DNA from: an uncultured bacterium
GTDB taxonomy: Bacteria; Zhuqueibacterota; QNDG01; DTFT01
DNA: 64,000 bases
Reading direction: 5' to 3'
Assembly (NCBI GenBank): GCA_963736115.1
Contig: CAVTNR010000022.1
Location: 1-64,000, forward strand
Shown here: piece after piece, positions 1-11,494 of the stretch
Position numbering within the stretch: the stretch's first letter is position 1
Layout: each line of letters starts with the position of its first letter
Notes under the pieces: generated by a model
The model's input: the letters and a program-made list of their open reading frames with translations, nothing else
Told to the model about the DNA's origin: nothing
Databases searched by the model: none
Position numbers and translations under genes: made by a program

Positions 1-873
1 CTACACGGAGGTGACGTCATTCTGCGCGTGGATCCGGCGTATACCACGCTCTTTGACTACAGGCACAAGAAGCACTACCGGGCGGCAGGCGGCGGAAACG
101 GCAAGGGCAAGAAAATGACCGGCCGGAACGGCGAAATCGTTGAGCTTCCGGTTCCGCCTGGCACTCTGGTGAAGGACGGGGAAACGGGAGAGTTGATCGT
201 CGACCTGACCCGCGAAGGCCAGACCGCCGTGGTCGCGAAAGGCGGAAGGGGCGGCAAGGGGAACGTGCATTTCAAGACGTCATCCATTCAGGCGCCCGAG
301 AAATCGACGACCGGAACCGAGGGCGAGCGGCGTTTCATCCGGCTCGAACTCAAACTGCTCGCGGATGTGGGTCTCGTGGGACTGCCCAATGCGGGCAAGT
401 CCACTCTGCTGTCGCGCGTCTCCGCGGCCCGTCCGAAAATAGCCAATTACCCGTTCACGACCCTCGTTCCGAACCTCGGCATTGTCAAGGGCCCGGGCGG
501 CAGGACATTCGTGGCCGCGGACATTCCGGGCCTGATCGAGGGCGCGCATATGGGCAAGGGGCTCGGCGACCGGTTCCTGCGTCACATCGAGCGCACGGCC
601 GTACTGCTCTTTCTCGTGGACGCGGCTTCCGACGATCCCGGCGGGGATTTCAGGCTTCTGCTCCGGGAGCTCAAGGAATTTGATCCGGCAGTCGCGGATA
701 AGCCGCGACTCGTGGCCCTTTCCAAAATCGACCTGATTCCGTCGGGGGACCGGAAGACGCTTCCCAAAAAGATCGGCGGCCAGGGCGTTCTCCGTTTCTC
801 CTGCGTCACGGGCGAGGGCCTTCCCGAGCTGATTGAGGCCGCGGCCGGTCTCCTGACCGGCAGCCGGCTGTGA
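1..873 (+). CDS. obgE: GTPase ObgE/CgtA (5' end outside window)
   Basis: Gly-rich Obg fold (GGDVILRVD, GGRGGKGN) plus G motifs GLPNAGKS, YPFTT, DIPGLIEGA, SKID; frame is open from base 1. Confidence 0.97.
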   Translation, partial: LHGGDVILRVDPAYTTLFDYRHKKHYRAAGGGNGKGKKMTGRNGEIVELPVPPGTLVKDGETGELIVDLTREGQTAVVAKGGRGGKGNVHFKTSSIQAPEKSTTGTEGERRFIRLELKLLADVGLVGLPNAGKSTLLSRVSAARPKIANYPFTTLVPNLGIVKGPGGRTFVAADIPGLIEGAHMGKGLGDRFLRHIERTAVLLFLVDAASDDPGGDFRLLLRELKEFDPAVADKPRLVALSKIDLIPSGDRKTLPKKIGGQGVLRFSCVTGEGLPELIEAAAGLLTGSRL

Positions 874-1979
874 GCGAAGTCCTCTCCCTTCTGCGCCTTC
901 TTTCGGTGCCCAAGGTCGGGCCCCGCCGCGTGCGCCAGATGGTTTCCCGTTTCGGATCCGCATCCGCGGTGTTCCGGGCGAACCGGTCCGAACTGACTGA
1001 AGTGGAGGGGATCGACGAGGCCATCGCCCGGGCCGTGCTCGGCAAAACCGACGGCCGGTTCGCGGAGCAGGAGGCGGAACGGGCGGCCCGGCATGGCGTC
1101 CGGCTCATGACATTCTGGGACGAAGACTATCCCGAACTGCTTAAAGCCATACATGATCCGCCCGTGCTCCTCTATGTCAAGGGTTCGCTCGTCTGGAGCC
1201 GGTTCAACGGCATCGCCGTGGTCGGCACGCGTTTTCCGACGTCCACGGGCCGCGAAGTGGCCGAGCGGCTGTCCGAACAGCTGTCCGGGGCGGGTTTGAC
1301 CGTGGTCAGCGGGCTGGCCCGGGGCGTGGACACGGCCGCGCACCGGGGCGCCCTGCGGGGCACGGGATCGACGGTCGCGGTCACGGGTTCCGGGGTCGAT
1401 GTCGTCTATCCTCCGGAAAACCGAAGGCTGTACCTCGAAATACTGGATCGCGGCGCCGTGATCTCGGAGTTTTTCATGGGCGCGCCGCCCGAGGCCTCGC
1501 ATTTCCCAAAGCGAAACCGGATCATCAGCGGCCTCTGCAAGGCCGTGCTCGTGGTCGAGGCGGGCGAGAAGAGCGGCGCCCTGCTCACGGCCGACCTGGC
1601 CCTCGAGCAGAACCGCGACGTGTTCGCCGTTCCCGGATCGGTGGCGAGCCCCAAGAGCTCGGGCACCAACCGCCTGATCCAGAGCGGGGCCAAGCTCGTG
1701 ACGTCCGTCGAGGACGTGCTCTCCGAATATCCTGAAATCCGTCCGGCCCGGAGGCCGGCCGGGGCCGTGCCTGCTGCGGTCCCCTCCGCGGAAACCGGGC
1801 TTCTGTCTCCGGCCGAGAAAACCCTGTGGGACGGCCTTTCGTCCGAGCCGGAACACATCGACCGCATCGCTTCGGAGAACCGGCTGGCTGTTTCCGAGGC
1901 TCTGGCGATGCTGCTTTCCATGGAACTGAAATCATGCGTGAAACAACTGACCGGCATGCGCTTCGCGAGGGTGGAATGA
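870..1979 (+). CDS. dprA: DNA-processing protein DprA/Smf
   Basis: HDPPVLLY, AVVGTR, VSGLARGVD, FPKRNRIISG, VEAGEKSGAL motifs; C-terminal winged helix. Confidence 0.95.
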   Translation: MSEVLSLLRLLSVPKVGPRRVRQMVSRFGSASAVFRANRSELTEVEGIDEAIARAVLGKTDGRFAEQEAERAARHGVRLMTFWDEDYPELLKAIHDPPVLLYVKGSLVWSRFNGIAVVGTRFPTSTGREVAERLSEQLSGAGLTVVSGLARGVDTAAHRGALRGTGSTVAVTGSGVDVVYPPENRRLYLEILDRGAVISEFFMGAPPEASHFPKRNRIISGLCKAVLVVEAGEKSGALLTADLALEQNRDVFAVPGSVASPKSSGTNRLIQSGAKLVTSVEDVLSEYPEIRPARRPAGAVPAAVPSAETGLLSPAEKTLWDGLSSEPEHIDRIASENRLAVSEALAMLLSMELKSCVKQLTGMRFARVE

Positions 1980-3112
1980 GCCGCTCCCGGGTCGCCGTGG
2001 TGCGCTGCGGCCGGTATGACGCGGCGCTTGTGTCCGAGAAGGTTCTCGAAGCGCTCGGCCGCATCGGCGGCATGGCCGCGTTCGTCAAGCCGGGACAGAA
2101 AGTCCTGGTGAAACCCAACATGCTCTCCGCGAAAGCGCCCGAGCGCGCCATCACCACGCATCCCCTGGTGCTCGAGGCCGTGGTGCGCGAAGTCCAGGCA
2201 GCTGGCGCGGAGCCGTCGATCGGCGACAGTCCTTCGGGCGCGCTGAAGGGCGTGAAGCGGTGCTGGGAGAACACGGGTTTTCTGGCCGTGTCGGAACGGA
2301 CCGGGGCTCCACTCGTCCATTTCGAGGCGGGCGGAACCGCGGTGCGCGAGGCCGGGGGCCAGCGTTACCATGTGGCGCGGGCCGTGACCGAGGCTGATGT
2401 CGTCATCAACCTGCCCAAGTTCAAGACGCACGGGTTCGCCCTGTTCACCGGCGCCATCAAGAACTGCTACGGCGTCCTGCCGGGATTCCAGAAGGCGGCC
2501 CTGCATAAACAGTATCCGCATCCCACGGATTTCAGCCTGCGTCTGGTCGATCTGTACGCGTCCGTCCGTCCCGGCCTCACGCTCATGGACGGCGTCATCG
2601 GCATGGAGGGGAACGGCCCTGCCACCGGCGACGTCCGGCAGGTCGGGCTTCTGCTCGCGTCCGCGGACGGCGTCGCGCTCGACGCCGTGGCCGCGGCGGT
2701 CATGGGATTCCGCGAGGACGAAATCGACGCGATCCGAATCGCGGGCGAACGGGGCCTCGGCGCTTCGCGCCTGGCGGACATCGAGATAGACGGGGAGCCC
2801 CTCGCCTCCGCCCGGATTCCCGATTTCCGCCTGCCGTCCAACCATCTCATGAAAGCGATCCCGCCGGTCGCCGCCCGCTGGCTGGGACGGCGGCTCGGCC
2901 GGTTCATCTGGGTGCGCCCGAAATCCGATCCGGCCCGATGCACGGGATGCGAGGTGTGCGTGCGCGCCTGCCCCGTGCAGGCCATCCGCATGGAAAACGG
3001 AAAGCCGATCACCGACTACCGGCTGTGCATCAACTGCATGTGCTGCAACGAATCCTGCCCAGAAGGGGCCGTTATTCAGGAGCTGTCGTGGCTCGCCCGC
3101 CGCTTCGGATGA
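1976..3112 (+). CDS. DUF362 domain protein with C-terminal 2x[4Fe-4S] ferredoxin
   Basis: [30 protein letters not shown]; CxxCxxCxxxCP twice; ATG overlaps the dprA stop (ATGA). Confidence 0.88.
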   Translation: MSRSRVAVVRCGRYDAALVSEKVLEALGRIGGMAAFVKPGQKVLVKPNMLSAKAPERAITTHPLVLEAVVREVQAAGAEPSIGDSPSGALKGVKRCWENTGFLAVSERTGAPLVHFEAGGTAVREAGGQRYHVARAVTEADVVINLPKFKTHGFALFTGAIKNCYGVLPGFQKAALHKQYPHPTDFSLRLVDLYASVRPGLTLMDGVIGMEGNGPATGDVRQVGLLLASADGVALDAVAAAVMGFREDEIDAIRIAGERGLGASRLADIEIDGEPLASARIPDFRLPSNHLMKAIPPVAARWLGRRLGRFIWVRPKSDPARCTGCEVCVRACPVQAIRMENGKPITDYRLCINCMCCNESCPEGAVIQELSWLARRFG

Positions 3113-3143
3113 GCCGGGCGCCCGTCACCGGAAAAGGAAGAAC

Positions 3144-4840
<1,697 letters not shown>

Positions 4841-4844
<4 letters not shown>

Positions 4845-5566
4845 TCGAAATCGAGGGCGTCAGCAAGACCTACAACGGGAAGGTGAGGGCCGTGGACGGA
4901 CTGACCCTCACCGTGCCCGAAGGCGGAATCGTCGGATTCCTCGGGCCCAACGGCGCGGGCAAGACGACCACCTTGAAAATGATCACCGGCATCCTGTCGC
5001 CGGATGCGGGTTCCATCCGGGTCAACGGCATGGACATTGCCAAGCGGCCCGTGGACGTCAAGAAGATCCTCGGGTACGTGCCCGACAATCCGGATCAGTT
5101 CCTCAAGCTGAAGGGCCGGGAGTACCTGCGGTTCATAGCCGACATGTATGGCGTCTCCGAGCCGGACCGGAACGAACGGGCCGGCCGTCTGGCCGAAACG
5201 TTCGAGATGACCGCCTCGCTCGCCGAAACCCTGCAGTCCTATTCGCACGGCATGCGGCAGAAAATCGTTCTCATCGGCGCCCTGCTCCACGACCCGGACG
5301 TCTTCATTCTCGACGAGCCGCTGACCGGCCTCGATCCGAAATCCTCCTTCACGCTGAAGGAGATTCTCCGGGAGCGGGCCCGGGCGGGACGGACCGTTTT
5401 CTTTTCGACCCACGTGCTCGACGTGGCAGAGCGGCTCTGCGACCGGGTGGCCGTGATTCATCGGGGAAAACTGCTGTTTTTCGGGACGATCGCGGAAATG
5501 AAAACCAGCGCCGGCGCGGAGTCCACGCTGGAGAACATGTTCCTGGAAATGACCGAAGATGCGTAA
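4841..5566 (+). CDS. ABC-2 type transporter ATP-binding protein
   Basis: GPNGAGKTT, YSHGMRQK, LDEPLTGLDP, FFSTH; ATG at 4841 overlaps the glnS stop. Confidence 0.93.
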
Positions 5567-7217
5567 CCTGTTCCGGCTCACCTGGGTGCTGATCCGGAAC
5601 GCCCGGAATCCCATCGCCTCAGGGAAGCGCAGGGGGCTGAAACGCTCCCTGTTCATCCTGCTGATCGCCCTGGCGTTCCTGCCCCTCATGGTCCAGATCG
5701 GCATTCTGGCGGATAAAGCGCTCGCCGTGCTCGGCCCGATCGGGCAGAAGGGCATGCTGCTCGCGTTCGCGTTCTCCCTGACCAGCCTTCTGATTCTGAC
5801 TTTCGGCATTCCGTCCGTTCTGGTCGTCTATTATTTCGGCCGCGACCTCGAGTCCCTGCTCGTGCTGCCCCTGCGCCCCTCCATACTCCTGTCCGCGAAA
5901 TTTTTCACGGCCCTGGCGGTCGAGTACGCGGCCGAAGCCCTGTTCCTCGTCCCCGTGTTCGCCGCGTACGGCCTGCACGGGGGCTTTTCCGCGCCGCTGA
6001 TTCTCGCCGCCGCGGTGATCTTCTTGCTCCTTCCCGTGATACCGGTGGCCATGGCCTCGCTTCTGGTCATGACCGCCATGCGGTTCACCGGCCTGGCCCG
6101 GAACCGGGACAATTTCGCCAAGATCGCGGGCGTCGCGCTGATGGGCCTGGTGCTGGCGATGAATTTCGGGCTCCAGAAAGCGGAGACTTCGGGTGTCGAC
6201 CCGGCGCAAATCGTGGCCGCCCTGGTGAACGGCGGCGGAATTTGGGGATTCCTGATCAACCGGCTCTTCCCGGCGTGTCATTTCGCGGTCAAGGCCGTGC
6301 TGTCGGCCGGAAGCGCGGCCGGCGGGCTGAACCTGGCGCTGTTCACGGCTGTTTCAGCCCTCGCGTTCGCCGTTCTTCTGCCGGCCGGGGAGGTTCTCTA
6401 CCTGCGGGGCGTGCGGGGAGGAGGCGGCCTGAAGGCCGGAGCCGCGTCGCAGTCCGCGCCTGGAGCATTCCCGCGGCTGAAGGCCGGCTCCGCTTTCATC
6501 ACCTACCTGGACCGGGAGCTGAAAATTCTGTTCCGCGACCCCGTTTTCTTCATGAACTGCGTGGTGACGAATTTCCTCTGGCCCGTGTTCACGCTTTTTG
6601 TGGTGCTGACGGGAACGGGCACCACGGTGAGCCGCGGTCCCGGTCTGCTCCTCGCCCTGGCAGGGAAGGGCATCCTGAACGCAGGCTGGCTGGGGCTCGG
6701 CATGGTCATGACGGCCATGAACGCGGTCGCTTCATCCGCGATTTCCAGGGAAGGACGTGAGATCGGCAGCCTGAAAATGCTGCCCTTTCCGTTCCAGCGT
6801 CAGCTCATCGCCAAGGCGACCGCGGCCGTGGTTCTGGGCGCGATCGGGTGTGTGCTGATGCTGGTGGTGGCTCTGACGGTTTTCGGCGTGCCGTTTTCCG
6901 CGTTGCCATCGGCCGCCGTACTCATGCCGCTCGGCATGGTTTACGCGGCCTGCACCGGTGTGCTGATCGACCTGTTTTTTCCGAAACTGTACTGGGACAA
7001 CGCGGCAAAAGCAGTCAAGCAGAACATGAATGTGCTGATCCACATGGCCCTGTGCGCCGCGACCGCGGCCGGGGTGTTCTGGCTGGTCAAACGGTCCGGA
7101 GCCCGTCCGGAAGAGGCTTTTCTCGGCCTGGCCGCCGCCTTTCTGGCGGTGGATGCGGCGCTGATCCGCGTTATGTGGACCCGGGGCGCAGCGGTTTTCA
7201 GCCGGCTGGAGGCGTAA
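5559..7217 (+). CDS. ABC-2 type permease (multi-pass membrane protein)
   Basis: About 14 hydrophobic segments, SAISREG motif, coupled to the ATPase gene. Confidence 0.85.
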   Translation: MRNLFRLTWVLIRNARNPIASGKRRGLKRSLFILLIALAFLPLMVQIGILADKALAVLGPIGQKGMLLAFAFSLTSLLILTFGIPSVLVVYYFGRDLESLLVLPLRPSILLSAKFFTALAVEYAAEALFLVPVFAAYGLHGGFSAPLILAAAVIFLLLPVIPVAMASLLVMTAMRFTGLARNRDNFAKIAGVALMGLVLAMNFGLQKAETSGVDPAQIVAALVNGGGIWGFLINRLFPACHFAVKAVLSAGSAAGGLNLALFTAVSALAFAVLLPAGEVLYLRGVRGGGGLKAGAASQSAPGAFPRLKAGSAFITYLDRELKILFRDPVFFMNCVVTNFLWPVFTLFVVLTGTGTTVSRGPGLLLALAGKGILNAGWLGLGMVMTAMNAVASSAISREGREIGSLKMLPFPFQRQLIAKATAAVVLGAIGCVLMLVVALTVFGVPFSALPSAAVLMPLGMVYAACTGVLIDLFFPKLYWDNAAKAVKQNMNVLIHMALCAATAAGVFWLVKRSGARPEEAFLGLAAAFLAVDAALIRVMWTRGAAVFSRLEA

Positions 7218-7232
7218 AATCCCTGTTTGGTA

Positions 7233-7261
7233 TTGATTTGCAGGGCCGGATTTCGTATATT
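7233..7261 (+). promoter_or_regulatory. Sigma70 promoter for the tRNA-Ser pair
   Basis: TTGATT-N17-TATATT about 40 nt upstream of the tRNA. Confidence 0.6.
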
Positions 7262-7303
7262 CTTTAGCTTTTCGGGAGAGTGGGGACGGCTGTTTGTTCA
7301 TCC

Positions 7304-7387
7304 GGAGAGCTAGTCCTAATTGGTAAGGCGTCGGTCTTGAAAACCGATGGGCGAAAGCCCTTGGGAGTTCGAGTCTCCCGCTCTCCG
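7304..7387 (+). tRNA. tRNA-Ser(TGA)
   Basis: GGAGAGC/GCTCTCC acceptor stem, TCGGT-ctTGAaa-ACCGA anticodon arm, long variable arm GGGCGAAAGCCC, GTTCGAGT T-loop; CCA not encoded. Confidence 0.93.
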
Positions 7388-7498
7388 CATTTAGAAGTTG
7401 AGTCAGCGGGTGATCTTGCCGAATCGGATCATGAGGCCGATTCGTTGTTGACCAAGCAATTGTATTTATAAGGTATTGAAGGTCTCCCGCTCTCCGCA
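7373..7498 (+). repeat. 17-bp direct repeat of the tRNA-Ser 3' end (att-like) flanking a 92-bp segment
   Basis: GTCTCCCGCTCTCCGCA at 7373-7389 and 7482-7498. Confidence 0.8.
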
Positions 7499-7560
7499 AC
7501 AAAAAGAGAGTAACGGAACGCCGTCCGCACCGAAGCTCCGTGTTCCATTCGAGTTTTCAA

Positions 7561-7652
7561 GGAGAGGTGGCCGAGTTGGCTGAAGGCAACCGCCTGCTAA
7601 GCGGTTGTAGGGGCTTAAACCTCTACCCAGGGTTCGAATCCCTGCCTCTCCG
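7561..7652 (+). tRNA. tRNA-Ser(GCT)
   Basis: GGAGAGG/CCTCTCC stem, ACCGC-ctGCTaa-GCGGT anticodon arm, long variable arm, GGTTCGAATCC. Confidence 0.95.
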
Positions 7653-7776
7653 CAATTTTTAATTGCGTCCGTCACGGAACTTCAGAACCGTTCCAGCCGG
7701 CCGCGTGTCCGGAAAATCCAATGCGATTGTCATTGGATTTTTCTTTTTTCCGTCCAATCCATTCCGGGAATCCGAC

Positions 7777-9239
7777 ATGACATCTCAATCTTCAGTGCCC
7801 GTTGTCGTCCGTTTCGCGCCGAGCCCCACGGGCTACCTGCACATCGGCGGGGCGCGCACCGCGCTGTTCAACTGGCTTTTCGCGCGGAAGCAAGGCGGCC
7901 GCTTTCTGCTCCGCATCGAGGACACGGACACCGCGCGTTCCAGCCCGGAGATGACCGACAACATCCTCATGAGCCTGAAATGGCTCGGCCTGGACTGGGA
8001 CGGGGAACCCGTGCTTCAGTCCGCCAACCGGCCGGAGCACGTGCGGCTCTGCCGCGATCTCCTGGACCGCGGGCTGGCGTATCCCTGTTTCTGCGACCCC
8101 GAGGAACAGCGCAGGCGCCGGGAGGAAGGTCCTCAGGCCGGGACGGTCTATAAATACGAGCGGACCTGCCTGTCCATACCCCGGGCCCAGGCCGAGGCCC
8201 GCATGAAGGCCGGCGAACCGCATGCTGTACGGTTCCGCATACCGGACGGCCGGACCACGGTCCAGGACCGGATCCGAGGCGACGTCACGGTCGAGCACGC
8301 GGAACTGGACGATTTCGTCATTCTCCGCTCGGACGGAACGCCCGTCTACCAGGTGTCCGTGGTGGCTGACGACCATGCCATGGCGATCACCCACGTCATT
8401 CGCGGCGACGACCACCTGTCCAACACGCCCAAGCAGATTCTTCTCTACCAGGCCATGAACTGGCCCGTCCCCGAGTTCGCCCATGTGCCCATGATTCTCG
8501 GACCGGATAAAAAGCGGCTGTCCAAACGTCACGGCGCCACGTCCGTCGGGGAATACGAAAGGCAGGGCGTACGGCCCGAGGCTTTGCGGAATTTTCTGGC
8601 CCTGCTCGGATGGTCGCCCGGTGATGACCGGGAGATCATGACGCTTGCCGAGATGACGGATGCGTTCTCTCTGGCTTCGGTATCGAAAAAGTCCGCGGTG
8701 TTTGACGAAGCGAAGCTCGCCTGGATGAACGCCCAGTATCTGTCCCGGCTGACGGACGCTGAGTGGCTGATGGCCGCGGAACCTTTCCTGCCGGCCGGTG
8801 CGGCGGACGCCGGAGGATCAAAAGGCTGGATTCCCCTGATGCGTCCACGGGTGCAGAAGCTGTCCGAGCTGACTGAGGCGGCGGCTTTCTTTTTCGCGAT
8901 CCCGAATCCTACGAGCCGGCGGCGGTTGCGAAACACTGGCCCGGACCGCAGGCCGCGGACATTCTGGACGCAGTGCGGGACTGCCTGCGGGGCGCGGACT
9001 GGAGTGTGGCCACGCTCGAGGCGGCGGTTCGAGGCCTGGCGGAAAAACGCGGGGTGAAGGCAGGCGCGCTGATTCATCCGGTGCGCATCGCGCTCACGGG
9101 CAGCGGTTCGAGTCCGGGACTGTTCGAGGTTATCGAAACGCTGGGGGCTGAAACCGTGTTCAAGCGGATGGAAAAGGCCGGGGTCTGGATACGATCCGCG
9201 GGGAATCCGGCCGGAGATGAGGGTAGCCGCGGCCTTTAG
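7777..9239 (+). CDS. gltX: Glutamate--tRNA ligase (one frameshift near 8895, probable error)
   Basis: RFAPSPTGYLHIGGAR, RIEDTD, IRGDDH, KRLSKRHG; the anticodon-binding domain (HPVRIALTG..SPGLFE) continues in another frame after TTCTTTTTC. Confidence 0.92.
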
Positions 9240-9301
9240 GCCGCGCGGTCGCTTCCGGGGGCGTCGTCGGAGTAAAACACGGTCGTAAGACCGCGGCGAC
9301 C
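9223..9301. repeat. GTAG-type REP-like palindrome doublet
   Basis: GTAGCCGCGGCCTTTAGGCCGCG followed by an imperfect inverted partner ACGGTCGTAAGACCGCGGCGAC. Confidence 0.55.
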
Positions 9302-9334
9302 GGGGTGAAAAGTCCCCCTATCTTCATCTTTTGC

Positions 9335-9363
9335 TTGACTTTGTTCCGGTCGTATCATATATT
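9335..9363 (+). promoter_or_regulatory. Sigma70 promoter for tRNA-Thr
   Basis: TTGACT-N17-TATATT. Confidence 0.65.
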
Positions 9364-9380
9364 TCAGGCCGGTTCCATCA

Positions 9381-9453
9381 GCCACCCTAGCTCAGTTGGT
9401 AGAGCAGCTCACTCGTAATGAGCAGGTCGTCGGTTCAATTCCGACGGGTGGCT
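9381..9453 (+). tRNA. tRNA-Thr(CGT)
   Basis: GCCACCC/GGGTGGC stem, TAGCTCAGTTGGTAGAGC D arm, GCTCA-ctCGTaa-TGAGC anticodon arm, GGTTCAATTCC. Confidence 0.95.
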
Positions 9454-9481
9454 CTTTTGTATTCTCCGCAACGGAAAGCCG

Positions 9482-10426
9482 ATGAAACGCCTCATCCAAT
9501 CGCTGATCCTTCTGATCTGCCTGCCGTTTCCCCTGCCCGCTGACGGGTCGGCCGGACAAACAGGCTTCGAATTCCTCCGCATCGATGTGCCCGCGCGGCA
9601 GACCGCCCTGGGCGGCGCGTTCACGGCCATGGACGGGGATCTGAACGGCCTGACCTGCAATCCTGCGAGCCTGGCGGGCGTTCCGAAACGCGAAGCCGCT
9701 TTTTCGTACGTCGATTATTTTCTGGATTTCCAGGTCGGATCCGTTTCCTTCTCGTCTCCGCTGCGAAACGGCGGCACGCTGGGCCTCGGAATCGGATACG
9801 CCAATTACGGTGAATTCGACTGGACGGACGAGGACGGCGGACCGACCGGCTCCTCGACTCCGGGCGACGTGGCCGTCACGCTTGCCTATGCCGCGGGCTG
9901 GACCCGCACCACGCGCATCGGCGCCTCGGTCCGGTACATCCGCTCGAGCATCCAGAATTATTCCGCGGACGCGGCTGTCGTCGGCGCGGGAATCATCCGC
10001 GTCTTTTCATCCCAGCAGATGACGGTCGGACTCGCGGTTGTCAACCTGGGTAAAGGACTGAACGGGTTCAGGGATCATGTCGAGAATGTGCCCACGTCCA
10101 TCCGGGCCGGGTTCACCAAACGGCTCGCCCATCTTCCCCTGCTGCTGGCCGTCGACGCCATCCAGTACACCGGCGCCTCTGAATCGACGCTGGGGAATGC
10201 GGAAATCTCCGCAGGCGGCGAATTCACGTTTTCCAGCGTCCTGGTCGGGCGATTCGGTTACACGACCGTCGGATCCGGGCAGAAAACCGGGCCGTCCGGA
10301 GGCCGCCTGTCCGGCGTCTCCCTCGGCGCCGGCTTCTTCTTCCGGAGTTTCAGGATCGATTACGGGTACGCGAACCATGGTATGCTGGGATCGGTGAACC
10401 ATCTCGGCGTGTCCATGGCCTACTGA
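9482..10426 (+). CDS. PorV/PorQ-family (UPF0164-like) outer-membrane beta-barrel
   Basis: Signal peptide, FLRI..PAR..ALGGA..A, NPA motif, amphipathic strands, C-terminal aromatic residue. Confidence 0.8.
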   Translation: MKRLIQSLILLICLPFPLPADGSAGQTGFEFLRIDVPARQTALGGAFTAMDGDLNGLTCNPASLAGVPKREAAFSYVDYFLDFQVGSVSFSSPLRNGGTLGLGIGYANYGEFDWTDEDGGPTGSSTPGDVAVTLAYAAGWTRTTRIGASVRYIRSSIQNYSADAAVVGAGIIRVFSSQQMTVGLAVVNLGKGLNGFRDHVENVPTSIRAGFTKRLAHLPLLLAVDAIQYTGASESTLGNAEISAGGEFTFSSVLVGRFGYTTVGSGQKTGPSGGRLSGVSLGAGFFFRSFRIDYGYANHGMLGSVNHLGVSMAY

Positions 10427-10466
10427 CTTCCGGCCGCCCCGCTCGTCCGTCCTTTCCGGGAATCCC

Positions 10467-11399
10467 ATGCCGCGTCTTTCCAAACGGTTTCGCAAAGCGC
10501 GTAAGGCTGTTCAGCACCGAATCGAGTATGTCCTCTTCCGGGGGCTGGTTTATTTGTGCGGCCGTGCGTCCATGAAAACCGTTCGCCGTACGGCCGACGT
10601 CATGGGACGTCTCGCGTTCTCCGTTCTTCGCCTCCGCCGGTCCGTCACGCTCGACAATCTGGCCATCGCTTTCCCCGAAAAACCGGCCGAGGAACTTTGC
10701 CGCATCGGCCTCCGAACGTACCGCAATTTCGCCAGGACGTTCATCGAATTCCTGCGCTTTCCGGTCATGGACCGCGACGCTTTGATGTCGCTTTGCGATT
10801 TTCCGGGGCAGGCCGTTCTCGAGGACGCGCGTAAAAACGGAAAAGGCGCTCTTCTCATCAGCGGACATTTCGGCAACTGGGAAATCGTGGGGCCCTACCT
10901 CGCCGCGAGGGGAGTCGCCGTCTCCGGCATCATCGGCCGGCAGAAAAACCGCGCGGTCGACGAGGCGACCCGGCGTTTCCGCGAGAAACTGGGGATGCGG
11001 GTCATCCGTCCCGGTGTCGCGATCCGGGATGTTTTCCGCGCCTTGCGCTCAAACGATTGCGTGGCCATTCTCGCGGATCAGGACGCGCACGCAGGCGGTG
11101 TGTTCGTGGATTTCATGGGCCGAAAGGCTTCGAACCACCAGGGCCCGGCCGTTTTCTCGATCCGCACGGGCGCGCCGATCATTTTCGGATACGGTCTGCG
11201 GCTTCCGGACGGGCGGTACAGCATCGAGGCACAACCGCTCTCCATCGACAGCATCCGAGAGGAGACGCCGGAAAACGTACATCGCATCACCCAGGCCTAC
11301 ACCTCGCTACTGGAGAAAGCCGTGCGCGAGCATCCGGATCAGTATTTCTGGATGCACAAGCGGTGGAAGACGAGACCGGCGGGGGAACAAAGTTCATAG
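10467..11399 (+). CDS. Lipid A late acyltransferase (LpxL/HtrB family)
   Basis: GHFGNWE, LADQD, FMGRKA, HPDQYFWMHKRWK. Confidence 0.9.
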   Translation: MPRLSKRFRKARKAVQHRIEYVLFRGLVYLCGRASMKTVRRTADVMGRLAFSVLRLRRSVTLDNLAIAFPEKPAEELCRIGLRTYRNFARTFIEFLRFPVMDRDALMSLCDFPGQAVLEDARKNGKGALLISGHFGNWEIVGPYLAARGVAVSGIIGRQKNRAVDEATRRFREKLGMRVIRPGVAIRDVFRALRSNDCVAILADQDAHAGGVFVDFMGRKASNHQGPAVFSIRTGAPIIFGYGLRLPDGRYSIEAQPLSIDSIREETPENVHRITQAYTSLLEKAVREHPDQYFWMHKRWKTRPAGEQSS

Positions 11400-11494
11400 T
11401 TCATGGTTCATAGTTCATAAAAAAAAGACGGGGCCTTGGATGAAGGAGGCTGCCGTCTTTTTGCTTTTTAACTATGAACCATGAACTATGAACT
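11391..11494. repeat. Heptamer inverted-repeat element (RGTTCAT)n...(ATGAACY)n
   Basis: AGTTCATAGTTCATGGTTCATAGTTCAT ... ACTATGAACCATGAACTATGAACT. Confidence 0.9.

Noticed and set aside
8880-8900. Programmed frameshift in gltX (likewise MATE near 56510)
   Set aside because: Single missing bases at homopolymer runs in a contig with other indels; sequencing error is the simpler explanation
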